From a virus (Duplodnaviria; Caudoviricetes), in the IMG/VR virus record IMGVR_UViG_3300028833_000053: 64,000 nt of DNA; one strand, written 5' to 3'. The notes beneath the pieces were generated by a model. That model made no database searches. It had not been told where the DNA came from and was given only the letters and a program-made list of their open reading frames with translations. Position 1 is the first letter of the stretch. Every line of letters begins with the position of its first letter. The translations under genes were made by a program, and so were the position numbers. Shown here piece by piece: positions 13,873 to 22,992 of this stretch.

Positions 13873-14655
13873 TTACCTGTCCTCGCCCCGGAACTCAATG
13901 TTCAGCTTCTTCAACGGGTCAAGCAACTTGCCCAATGGAGTGTACCTGAACATTTTTTCCAAGGCGTTGACATCCTTTGAGAATGTGTTTCCTGGATAGC
14001 CAAACTTTCCGTCCGGCCCAGGCACGTTGGTGTGCATTGGATCAACATAGGATGAACTCAACACGCACTGTCTCACAACACTGTAGTCCAAGTTGAGTTT
14101 CTTGCAGATGTCGTATATTGAATTGAAATACGTAATCTTCAAGGCACAGAACACGTTATGCGCGTACTTCGCAAGCTCTGCCTCCTCACTGGTCATTTCA
14201 ATGTATTCCTTGTTGACGAATATCTGCTTCAAAAGGTTCTTATGCTCTTCGGAACCGGTAATGACCACAGGCTGCTTGCTGAAATCCTCTAGGAACATCA
14301 CCTGGGTCAGGAAGTGTGGCATAAAATACACCGTGCGGCCTGTCTCTCCTGTCAACTTCTAGGCCGTTCCGGGAAGTATGGTGGAACGCACCCATATTGG
14401 CTTGTCAACAGGAAGCCCATTGATTACTTCCGTCAACGTGGAAAGATCCTGTGTTCCATTTTCCATCGTTGGAACGTGAATCTGGATGAAATACGCATCG
14501 CAGTCGGACACGTCATCCCGATATCCCTTCCAAGGATCATATACGCGGAGAACGCAAGATGGATTGTTTTTCTCCAACCAGTGTTTCAACGCGCTGCCTA
14601 CAAAGCCACAACCTATTATTCCTATTGTCATTTCAAGTACCTCTTCATTGAGCAT
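13873..14655 (-). CDS. UDP-glucose/GDP-mannose dehydrogenase family protein, atypical active site (1 TAG)
   Basis: IGIIGCGFVG, HVPT, RSTILPGT[TAG], EAELAKYAHN; GYPGNTFSKD where the family has GxGGxCxxKD; start may be 14631. Confidence 0.8.
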
Positions 14656-14684
14656 TGTTTTCTCGTCAAATGCTCCTTTGCATA

Positions 14685-14694
14685 GTATTTACCA
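14685..14694 (-). promoter_or_regulatory. Late-promoter motif TGGTAAATAC
   Basis: 30 nt upstream of ATG 14655. Confidence 0.7.
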
Positions 14695-14775
14695 TTCATT
14701 TCATTTTTTCAAAATCATAATCTATATCCTACTGATTGCCATTGACAGAATAAACAATTACATTAGTCATAATAT

Positions 14776-15309
14776 TCACCTCAAATCAATTATTGTAACT
14801 CCATCTTTATCCAGAACAGTCTATTCATACTCAAAGTCGTGCTGGAACCAACGCCCTGTTGTGAAATCAGTCATGGGAAAGAAATTAATAAGGCGAATCT
14901 GGTCAATTCCACGGTACAGATACTTGTAGAAGTTGTAAAGAAGAAATCCTGTTGTTGGATGCTTCATATGTGGATATTTGAACTGTGGATAGAAGTATGT
15001 CCCAAAATGATGGTCTAGGTTTATTATAATGTCATAATCGTCAAACAATTCCATTTCCTTTCCATACCACTCGTCCCGTGTGAAATACAAGCGTTTCTTG
15101 GGATTCTTAAAATCCTCCACAGGAAAATTCTTCACATTGAACTGCAGATTGTTGTCAAACAACTGAGTTGCGCAAAAAAGAACCTTCCTACATGGCGCAT
15201 CTTTGAACAACTCGTAATTTGTTGCGGTATTTATAAAAACAAGTTCATCGGACTTGTTCAGGTCTTGAATTGTTTTCGTGCATTTGATATTTGATAGTAT
15301 GTATGTCAT
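14776..15309 (-). CDS. Putative GT29 (sialyltransferase-like) glycosyltransferase (177 aa, 1 TAG)
   Basis: HPTTGF resembles sialylmotif S; HDFEYE matches HxxxxE (motif VS); TAG 14821, TGA 14776. Confidence 0.5.
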
Positions 15310-15311
15310 TG

Positions 15312-16703
15312 TCAAACCCCAAATTTCCTTTTTGCATCAATCAACATCCTTTTTACAATGGCTATGTTCTTGTTGACATAGAAATTGTTCTGAATTCTGT
15401 CTATGGCACATTTCCAATCATTCAAGTTCACGTCATTGCCAAGCATTTGATTAGCAATCTTCATGGAATCGTTTATGCCCTCTATGTTTCCAAACATGTC
15501 ATACAACTTGGTGTTGGTTGTCTTCCATGTCAACAAGCCTATGTCGTCCACGAAAAAATAGTTTGAAAATGGAAACATCATAAGGGCAAGATATGTCCTA
15601 ACCCCATATGACCTGTTTGACAAATTACCATGATAGAAATGGAACGTGTCAACATCTACAGAGCCAATTATACTCTTACCTGTTTGTACAGACATTTCAA
15701 GCATTTTCCTATGTACGTTTTTCCTTCCAAGAATGCTTACGGATATGTTCTTCGCACGCTGTTTGCTTTTTTCGTCAAGAATCTCATTGAAGAACAAGTT
15801 GTCTCCACCACCGTAAAAACATGTCCTGTTAAATCCACCAATGGTTTCAAGCGTGGACTTTGCTATGCAAAACGCCCCCCCAGGAACAGGGTTGTTGGAT
15901 TTCTGAACCTCATTCACAATGTCATAGGTTATGGTGTTCTTGTTGAGGGTTATCTATCCATTATCGTCCAAATACATTATTCTCCTGAATCCCTGTGTGA
16001 ATAATGATTTATCAAGTTCATCATACACCTTCTTGAACCAGTCGCAATCCCCAATTGGCGACGTGTCATAGTCCAGGAACATAATCTTCTCGTTTGCGGA
16101 AAGTTTCAATCCAATGTTCCAAAGACATTCTTTCTGAAATATGCTTTTGTTGTTTTTATTCCCACTTATTCTAATATACTATATGTCAGATGGAAAATCG
16201 CTTTGTGAAAACGCAGCATCATCGTCAATCACCAATTCAAGGAAGATTATTTGACTTGGCAAATGCTTCTGCATAAACCAATTTATGATTGCCTTGTTCA
16301 TGGCACTTTTCCTCAATTGGTTCACCGTGCCACCATGGTGGCACGTAATCAGTGTCATGTCAAGGTATTTATGGTTATGTTCAACGAACTGTGGATTATG
16401 AACTTTGTTCAAAACGGTCTTTGTATTCTCAGGCGTGAAAAGAATCACTTCATAGTTCTAATCATCTTTCAATGGATTCTTCCCATCCCAAATGAACTTG
16501 ACTTGCGGATTCTTCGCAACGTATTCAAGAAGTTCCTTTGGCAAATCAAATGTGCGTCTTGGATATTCAATCTACGATAACTTCAAGAAAACAAGGTCAG
16601 GTTTTACAGTGTGGGCAAAAATGGACTCCAACGTGGAAAGGATGTTTCCCTTTCCATTGTCGGATAGCTCAACAACTATTTTCTTCTTATTTTCCATTGT
16701 CAT
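15312..16703 (-). CDS. GT-A glycosyltransferase, paralog 2, with N-terminal partial GT2-like segment (463 aa, 4 TAG)
   Basis: FQKECLWN, IMFLDYD, GGFNRTCFYGGGD, HFYHG; TAGs 16572, 16458, 16179, 15954. Confidence 0.75.
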
Positions 16704-16706
16704 CCT

Positions 16707-18224
16707 TTACCCAAACATAAACCTTCTGAATTCAATTTTACGCTCGCTCCTTTCAGGAACAAGATAATTATACGTTTTTTTGGTGCGTTCAACATTGCCA
16801 TTGAAGTGCAAGGCGTATTTATCCACCGCCCCATCCACATCCGACATGAATTTCACAAACCCCGGGGGACGTTTGGGACTTATTACCCTAATTCCCCTGT
16901 CATGGCATTGCTTCCCGAAAACCATTTCCACGTCATAGTTCTTGTCCAGTTCTTGCTATGTTACCCCGAACTTCATCAATGATGGAACAAACGCAGCTGC
17001 ACCGAGTCCAAAGCGGTAATGCGATACCGGCCAATCCGTGTAAATGTTCCGCACTCTATCTTCCGAAGAACCCTGTCTAAAATCCTTTGATGAGTGAATG
17101 AAATATGCAGCAACAACACCATCGCCATTCCGCTTGAAACAATCCAAAGTGTTCTAAACATAGTCCATTGGATAATCTATATCATCGTCACATATGAAAC
17201 AGTAATCTTCTTGAAGTTCAGGCTTGTTCAAGAACAAATACCTCCCATTTTCCCTCAAGTTCTTCTCCCCCAACGTCACATGCAACTTACCTTGGTCAAA
17301 TTTCTTCAATTCCTCGGGGATCTCCTTGTACTCATTCAACCACAAGTAGAAGTTGTCGCATTGTGGCAACAACCGCTCAATGCACTGAAGCATCCACTTC
17401 TTTCTGTACGGGAACGATGCCATCAAGATAGAAACCTTCCTGGGTTTCTTGTACATTGTTTTGTAGGGTTTGGACTTGTCAACCATATCTATTTTGAATT
17501 CATTTCTGTTTGAATAGGGAGCGTGTATGTAAACATGTCCATCCAATATCTTTATCCGGTATTTTCTTCTGGGAAGCAAGTTCAAGTTAAGGTAGTAGTT
17601 GAAATACGCCTCGTCATAGGTTGATGGTGTCTTGTATTGCCACGTCTCAAAATTGACTTTCTTTCTGTCTTGGTCTACAGAACCCTATATGAAATGCGAA
17701 ATGTCTGACAAGACATTTTTGCTTCCGATGAAATGACAGTTTTGAACATATTGGAATTCGGAGGTATTTATTCTGGAAATATCAACGGATGAGCCAACCT
17801 TGTTGCAGTACAGTCTATAAAAAGATGATTTGGGAAATGCACAATGGGAAAATACCACCAAATCCTATTCATTATCACCAACCAATTCAGACAAATACAC
17901 CGGCTTCAAACAACGTGCATTGGATTGAATGAAACAAAAATAGTCAAAGGAATACTTGTCCATGCAATCCAATATGTATTGAAACTTGTGAAGTTTGTTT
18001 TCAGGTATATTCCTGGTCTATTCTGAATTCACTTCAACGAAGTCAATGTTTTCCCCTCGGAACAACGTCAAAACTTCTTTGTTATCCGTATATACCACAA
18101 ACTGCCTATCACAATCCACAAGGTAATTTTTCTTCATAGAATAATACCAATCCACAACATTCTATGTGAAGTTGTATTTTGGATTCAAGAAATAACTGAA
18201 TACTATGACCTTTGGCTTGAGCAT
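16707..18224 (-). CDS. GT6-like plus GT2-like two-domain glycosyltransferase (505 aa, 6 TAG)
   Basis: N-half KNYLVDCDRQFVVYTD, FDYFCFIQSNA, DEAYFNYY; C-half ILMASFPYR...FICDDDIDYP; TAGs 18162, 18018, 17865, 17685, 17154, 16956. Confidence 0.7.
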
Positions 18225-18231
18225 GTTGCCT

Positions 18232-18241
18232 GTATTTACCA
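18232..18241 (-). promoter_or_regulatory. Late-promoter motif TGGTAAATAC
   Basis: Just upstream of ATG 18224 at the head of the glycosyltransferase operon. Confidence 0.7.
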
Positions 18242-18258
18242 TTCAACATTAAACGAAC

Positions 18259-18282
18259 TGGCCGGTTCTTTCAAACCGGCCA
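18259..18282 (-). terminator. Hairpin, probable terminator of the upstream early operon
   Basis: TGGCCGGTT/AACCGGCCA inverted repeat. Confidence 0.55.
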
Positions 18283-18304
18283 TCGTAGTTTCAATCCAAA
18301 CCCA

Positions 18305-18637
18305 TTAGACGTTTTTCACCTTGTCGAGTATCTGGGAAATCTTCTCCATCAGTTTGTTCTTCAGATTGGTTCTCAACTTGTCCGATTTGGAGAAGAACAT
18401 CTGGATGCTGTACTCAAAGGAGAACTTCACGGTTTCCACGGAACTGACATAATACCCCAACAAAGAGAGGTCAAACAACAGGGAAACCATGTCGTCCTTT
18501 GACTTGTAGTTTGACGACACCCACCTTACAAACCCAGTGCTGTCCTGATAGCAGATGTCAAGCGAGGATTTGGCAAGGCAGTCCATCTTCCCTTCCGCAA
18601 TCCTCAACTGATGGACAACCGTGTATTCCCTCATCAT
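18305..18637 (-). CDS. Hypothetical protein
   Basis: Operonic ORF, TAA stop, no TAG. Confidence 0.65.
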   Translation of the reverse strand: MMREYTVVHQLRIAEGKMDCLAKSSLDICYQDSTGFVRWVSSNYKSKDDMVSLLFDLSLLGYYVSSVETVKFSFEYSIQMFFSKSDKLRTNLKNKLMEKISQILDKVKNV

Positions 18638-18642
18638 GTCAA

Positions 18643-18963
18643 TTACTTCCTGTTTGACTTCTTCCGGAACTTGGATTTCTTGAGATTGTAGAGAACCGCG
18701 TCAAGGCTCTTCCAACAATCGTCAAAGCACATGAAATCCCAAAGGCGGAAGAGGATTTGGGTATCCCAACCATCAGACACGGTGTCCCCGTTTTCCACCT
18801 TGTACAAATTCCTGTCGCAATCCGCCTTGCAACCAAGGGCGTATGCCTGCTTTCCCAGCTTCTTCAACCTGGGCATCAAGGGCTTCAACAAGTCCATCAA
18901 CTCGGACGCCTCCTTCTGGAGGCCCGTAAACTTTTCCTCAAACTGCTCAACCTTCATTTTCAT
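18643..18963 (-). CDS. Hypothetical protein
   Basis: Operonic ORF, TAA stop. Confidence 0.65.
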   Translation of the reverse strand: MKMKVEQFEEKFTGLQKEASELMDLLKPLMPRLKKLGKQAYALGCKADCDRNLYKVENGDTVSDGWDTQILFRLWDFMCFDDCWKSLDAVLYNLKKSKFRKKSNRK

Positions 18964-19126
18964 CTTCCTTGTCTACGTTTGCTTCCTCGAACAATTCCTC
19001 TTCGGCCTCGTCAGCCTCGTCAGCAAGCCCAATGCTTATGCGGAGAAAGGAAACGAACCCATAGCCGGCGGCGGCAATCGCCGCAACCCCTGCGCTGCAT
19101 CCCACGATCAATACTGCACTTGCCAT
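18947..19126 (-). CDS. Small putative membrane protein (59 aa)
   Basis: MASAVLIVGCSAGVAAIAAAGYGFVSFL hydrophobic N-terminus, acidic tail, GGAG RBS after promoter; below the track cutoff. Confidence 0.6.
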   Translation of the reverse strand: MASAVLIVGCSAGVAAIAAAGYGFVSFLRISIGLADEADEAEEELFEEANVDKEDENEG

Positions 19127-19155
19127 TTTCTTTCTCCTGTTTGTTGTTCATCTGA

Positions 19156-19185
19156 AGTATATCACAGATGGGGTGGCTTTGTCAA
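19156..19185 (-). promoter_or_regulatory. Sigma70-type early promoter
   Basis: TTGACA-N18-TATACT. Confidence 0.7.
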
Positions 19186-19189
19186 GGGG

Positions 19190-19390
19190 TCATCTGATAA
19201 TAATTGCATTTATTTCATCATCCCAAGAATGGGCGGGCTTCCAACTGCCCCCGCACATCCCATGTTCCAAAGTCCCACACTGAACCATGGAGGCTTCGGC
19301 ATAGTCCTCATAGTCCGTGGAATTGTCCACCACAACATCCCAATCATCTGGGAATGCCGCAATCCTGGCTTTTAACTCTCCGATTGTCAT
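19190..19390 (-). CDS. Hypothetical protein (MTxxEL-type small phage protein)
   Basis: MTIGELKARIAAFPDDWDVV; GGAGG RBS. Confidence 0.65.
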   Translation of the reverse strand: MTIGELKARIAAFPDDWDVVVDNSTDYEDYAEASMVQCGTLEHGMCGGSWKPAHSWDDEINAIIIR

Positions 19391-19422
19391 TTCTCAATAC
19401 CTCCCGCAAATTGCAACTGCGT

Positions 19423-19602
19423 TCACGTCCACCATCTTTCCATTCCCGTTGAACGTGAATAGTTCATAGCTCTGTTCTCGTTGTAGTGGCCGGGACGCAC
19501 ACCCTCGGCCTCCGTCATTGTGGCGAAATCCTGGACGTTCAACACAACCTCGTAGTCACCGGGATACTGTGCAAGCTGGGCTATCAACTCGTCAACTGTC
19601 AT
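19423..19602 (-). CDS. Paralog of the 19190-19390 protein, possibly frameshifted
   Basis: MTVDELIAQLAQYPGDYEVV; a paralog-like C-terminus (VNAVAIC) lies in another frame ending at 19394. Confidence 0.5.
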   Translation of the reverse strand: MTVDELIAQLAQYPGDYEVVLNVQDFATMTEAEGVRPGHYNENRAMNYSRSTGMERWWT

Positions 19603-19603
19603 T

Positions 19604-20008
19604 TCAAGACTCCTTGATTGGATTTATGTTGCGGGTTACAAGGGAAACAATTATGGTCATGCGGTAAAGAGTGTACTTTTCATCGTTCCACAACTTTATC
19701 TCCTCCTCAGATGCCTTTTGGAAGCGGTTGTTCACGTTCAAGTCAGTCTGCCAATCCATGTTCACGTCAAGTCCCTCCGAATACCATCCACGCCTGACGC
19801 ACCCCCAATGGATGAAATCAATGTCATATCCCAGTTTCCCGTTCACATACAGCAAGGCATCTTCAATGGTCTCAAACACGCGGTCCTTCACATCGTCAAT
19901 TGGAACTTCGCAACGGTTGGGTACGTCCCAACAATTCATGCCCGTCTGAGGATTGTGATCTTCCTCGAACTCGTAGAGCAGCCTTGATATGGAAACTTTA
20001 CTTGTCAT
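19604..20008 (-). CDS. Hypothetical protein
   Basis: Operonic ORF; start set at MTSKV. Confidence 0.6.
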   Translation of the reverse strand: MTSKVSISRLLYEFEEDHNPQTGMNCWDVPNRCEVPIDDVKDRVFETIEDALLYVNGKLGYDIDFIHWGCVRRGWYSEGLDVNMDWQTDLNVNNRFQKASEEEIKLWNDEKYTLYRMTIIVSLVTRNINPIKES

Positions 20009-20210
20009 CGTCTCTGCACAACACGTCATAGACGTTTTGAATCTGAGGATTCTGCTTGAACGTTCCACCAAACTCCCCAAAGTAGTAGCGCAATCTGTCC
20101 TTGGCTTCCTGTATGGTCGCCTTCAAGTTGTTGATTTCATCTTGCAACTTCCGGTGTTCGCAGTACATGGCCCCGCGGAAGGCGCAGTCTTTGCAGTCGC
20201 AAGTCATCAT
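19998..20210 (-). CDS. Small Cys-rich hypothetical protein
   Basis: CDCKDC...YCEH; overlapping operon packing. Confidence 0.6.
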   Translation of the reverse strand: MMTCDCKDCAFRGAMYCEHRKLQDEINNLKATIQEAKDRLRYYFGEFGGTFKQNPQIQNVYDVLCRDDDK

Positions 20211-20521
20211 TTCGCTTTTCCTATCGCAATCGGCTGGTCAATGCGGTTGAACGAACGAATCACAATCCTATCGTTGTTCTTCTTGATGAGTTCCTGCACG
20301 GACTCCGGGAGGGAGTCTTGAAGATATTGCGTAAGCGAGTCCAACAGATGATCTGCGTCAAACTCTCCCGTGATGGTGAGAATCCTGCTTCCCTCTATCT
20401 TGGCGGTATCGTATTCGCCGCCGAAATGCACAAACCAATGCCCGGTCAAGTCCACCATGTTTGGCTTCTTCTTTTTATTGCCGGATTTGGATTTAACGTC
20501 CTTCTTCATCTTCATTGTCAT
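20207..20521 (-). CDS. Hypothetical protein
   Basis: Operonic ORF; start approximate. Confidence 0.55.
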   Translation of the reverse strand: MTMKMKKDVKSKSGNKKKKPNMVDLTGHWFVHFGGEYDTAKIEGSRILTITGEFDADHLLDSLTQYLQDSLPESVQELIKKNNDRIVIRSFNRIDQPIAIGKAK

Positions 20522-20762
20522 TCTCGTTCTCCCTCTGTTCAATCAATTGCTTTCCCTTCACCACAATCGTAACCAGCCCCTTCAAGTCAACCGTCTTGAG
20601 GTCGCAGTCAATCAAGGGCTTCTTCAACTTGGCGAAAAGGTCAATGTCCTTCTTGGCGTTGTCCAACATGTATGGATTAGCCTTTGTCATTTCGGACATG
20701 ACATCCACGGCATACTTGCCATGGGCGCAATACTGGCAAATGAATGTAAACAATTCGTTCAT
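20493..20762 (-). CDS. Hypothetical protein
   Basis: ATGA overlap with the upstream gene. Confidence 0.6.
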   Translation of the reverse strand: MNELFTFICQYCAHGKYAVDVMSEMTKANPYMLDNAKKDIDLFAKLKKPLIDCDLKTVDLKGLVTIVVKGKQLIEQRENENDNEDEEGR

Positions 20763-21004
20763 GCAGCGTACCTTGCGTAGATTTGTTCCAAGTCATCAAC
20801 GTAATTATAGGTGTCCGAAGTTGTGGCAACACCCTTGATGGAAAACGCCATGTGCTGGAACAGCCATCCGGACTTGAACACCTCAATGCTCAATCCTTTG
20901 CTGCAGCAATAGGCGCGTAGGTCGGCCTCCAACGGGCCAATCCACCAACGAAGTCCATCCGCAGTGTTGCGGATTGTGAACTCTCTCTTCAACGTGTCAT
21001 CCAT
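20759..21004 (-). CDS. Hypothetical protein
   Basis: GGAG RBS, operonic. Confidence 0.65.
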   Translation of the reverse strand: MDDTLKREFTIRNTADGLRWWIGPLEADLRAYCCSKGLSIEVFKSGWLFQHMAFSIKGVATTSDTYNYVDDLEQIYARYAA

Positions 21005-21018
21005 TTCGTTTTCTCTCC

Positions 21019-21330
21019 TTACCTGTTGGCTCGTTCAACGGCATCCCAGTCAATGCCATCCATGATGTGGTCGAGGCATGTCCTTGGATAGTGGAACCAG
21101 AACTTTTCGTGGTCGTCGTCCTCAAGCATCAGACCGTACATGTCTGACTTTGGTCTGACCAAAAGCCTTGAACCTTGGCAATATCCAACTGCTCTGCGCT
21201 TGATTTCGCGTTCCATCGTCTTCATGTCAACGCTTTGGCGATAGTCAAGGTTGAGACGGTCACCATAATCATACTCGTAGTTGTCCCATGTGAACAACTC
21301 AGGATTCAATTCTGGAATTTCAAATGTCAT
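21019..21330 (-). CDS. Hypothetical protein
   Basis: Operonic ORF. Confidence 0.65.
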   Translation of the reverse strand: MTFEIPELNPELFTWDNYEYDYGDRLNLDYRQSVDMKTMEREIKRRAVGYCQGSRLLVRPKSDMYGLMLEDDDHEKFWFHYPRTCLDHIMDGIDWDAVERANR

Positions 21331-21332
21331 TG

Positions 21333-21587
21333 TCAATCCTCAAACAGGCAGTCAAGTCCAATGAACCTCGTAATCCACCAATGGTTGCGCTTGTTGGTCA
21401 TCGCGGGACCGTCAAGGTTCAGCATTTCGTTGTCCTCGGTGATGTAAACGTCCTCAAACGCCTGGTTCTCCGCCCGCTTGCAGGCAATGATGCCAAGGAT
21501 GAGGGGCGAAAGGATGATTTGTATGATGAGCTGAAACGGAAAGTACAGAATCATCAATATGGTCTTTTTCACTTCTTTGCTGTTCAT
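21333..21587 (-). CDS. Small membrane protein
   Basis: ILMILYFPFQLIIQIILSPLILGIIAC; GGAGG RBS. Confidence 0.65.
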   Translation of the reverse strand: MNSKEVKKTILMILYFPFQLIIQIILSPLILGIIACKRAENQAFEDVYITEDNEMLNLDGPAMTNKRNHWWITRFIGLDCLFED

Positions 21588-21599
21588 TGTTTACCTCCA

Positions 21600-22061
21600 T
21601 CACTTTGAAAGTTTCCGAGCAACGATTTTCGCCACTTCTCCGGCAACCATCTTCTCGAACTTCTTGGACTTGAAATCAACGTTTTCGACAATTCGCTCCG
21701 CGGCCTCTTCAACCTTGCAACGCAGCTTTGTCTTTATGATTTCATCAATCATCCCCAGAAGCGGACCCAAATGATTGTCTCCGTACTGCCGCCCATCCTT
21801 GAAAAGGACATAATTCAAGCTGCTGTCATCCTGCAGGATTTTCACCACCCTTTCGGTAATGTACTTGTCAAGATCAATGTGCAACTTCTTCTCCACAAAC
21901 TTGCCAACAACCCCATACGCGACGTTGGTTAAAATTCGCTCCGCGTCATTCCCATTGCACATCTTCTGCATAAGAATGTTTTCCCAAACGTCATGGGAAA
22001 TACGGCTCATTTCATCGTCGCTGAGGTAGTCCTCAAGCTTGAAGTTCATATCAACATTCAT
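21600..22061 (-). CDS. Hypothetical protein
   Basis: Operonic ORF. Confidence 0.65.
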   Translation of the reverse strand: MNVDMNFKLEDYLSDDEMSRISHDVWENILMQKMCNGNDAERILTNVAYGVVGKFVEKKLHIDLDKYITERVVKILQDDSSLNYVLFKDGRQYGDNHLGPLLGMIDEIIKTKLRCKVEEAAERIVENVDFKSKKFEKMVAGEVAKIVARKLSK

Positions 22062-22064
22062 TTG

Positions 22065-22499
22065 TCAGATTCCCTTCATTTCCTCTTGAATGAACTTGTC
22101 CAAGTCCTGCAGGGTCTTGAAATGACGCTTCACGTCAACCTGCGAGACGAAGGTGTAGCCGGAACCCTTGAACTGGTCGGTCTCAATGTCGCGCTCCCAA
22201 CCAAGGTAGTTCATGGTGCAAGCCAGGACGAGGACTGCCCAGGACATGAAGTTGAACCCCCAATTTTTCACCCGTTTGTTGCCATACACAATCCAGCAAC
22301 GCTCGGTGCCCATCTTGTAGCGGCGGCAAACCTCAAAGTGCTGATGCTTGCCCTTGTCTGCGGCATACATTTCCTTCACCCACGCGGAGATGTCCTTCTT
22401 GACATCAGCCTCGTCCTTGACATCAAACTCGCGCTCGTCAACGATGTTGTCCTCGCCACGGCGGTTGTCGGTCCACTCAAAAGTCAAACGCATCTTCAT
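22065..22499 (-). CDS. Hypothetical early protein
   Basis: GGAG RBS; 21-nt leader identical to 162-182. Confidence 0.7.
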   Translation of the reverse strand: MKMRLTFEWTDNRRGEDNIVDEREFDVKDEADVKKDISAWVKEMYAADKGKHQHFEVCRRYKMGTERCWIVYGNKRVKNWGFNFMSWAVLVLACTMNYLGWERDIETDQFKGSGYTFVSQVDVKRHFKTLQDLDKFIQEEMKGI

Positions 22500-22520
22500 T
22501 TTCACTTCTCCTTGTTTGTT

Positions 22521-22850
22521 TCAGTTTCCCTTGCAGAGCGCAAGGAACAACTCGTTGTCGCACTTCGCCCAAAGACGGCGATACTTCAACCCGTACTTCT
22601 CGTTGAGGGCGCAAGCCGTCTTGAAAAGCGCCGTGTTCGCAATCTCGGGGAACTTGGAAAGGGCATCCTGGCACTGTCCACACCACTCCCAACCCTGCCC
22701 ATTTCCACCCGTTATACGGTAGGTGATGCTGGCGTACTCGTCTCCGGGGTGGCGGTGGCTGGTTGTGTCATCAAAGGTGACGAACACGCGGTTGCCCTTG
22801 CGTCCACGGCCATGCAGGTCGATGTTTCCAAGATGGTAAGTTGACTTCAT
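22521..22850 (-). CDS. Hypothetical early protein
   Basis: First gene after promoter 22884-22912; MKSTYHLG start with GGAG RBS. Confidence 0.7.
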   Translation of the reverse strand: MKSTYHLGNIDLHGRGRKGNRVFVTFDDTTSHRHPGDEYASITYRITGGNGQGWEWCGQCQDALSKFPEIANTALFKTACALNEKYGLKYRRLWAKCDNELFLALCKGN

Positions 22851-22857
22851 TTTACTA

Positions 22858-22889
22858 CTCCTTGTTTTCCTCAGAACACCTACAGTATA
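22858..22889 (-). repeat. 32-bp promoter-leader-RBS repeat, copy 1
   Basis: CTCCTTGTTTTCCTCAGAACACCTACAGTATA, identical at 49633-49664, variant at 173-203. Confidence 0.85.
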
Positions 22890-22912
22890 CCAAAAACGGG
22901 TCAGGAAGTCAA
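22884..22912 (-). promoter_or_regulatory. Sigma70-type early promoter
   Basis: TTGACT-N17-TATACT. Confidence 0.8.
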
Positions 22913-22992
22913 TACCCCTTGATAAAATAAAGAATGGTTGGAAAGTGCAATCTTTCCAACCAATTCCCCCTATTTCTTTCAATTATGGAAAC

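Noticed and set aside
14699-14770. Roughly 24-codon ORF MTNVIVYSVNG... with one TAG
   Set aside because: Too short to support; possibly a gene remnant
261-18224. Pseudogene decay or low-quality sequence as the cause of fragmented ORFs
   Set aside because: Every break is TAG, in frame, with no frameshifts and no internal TAA or TGA
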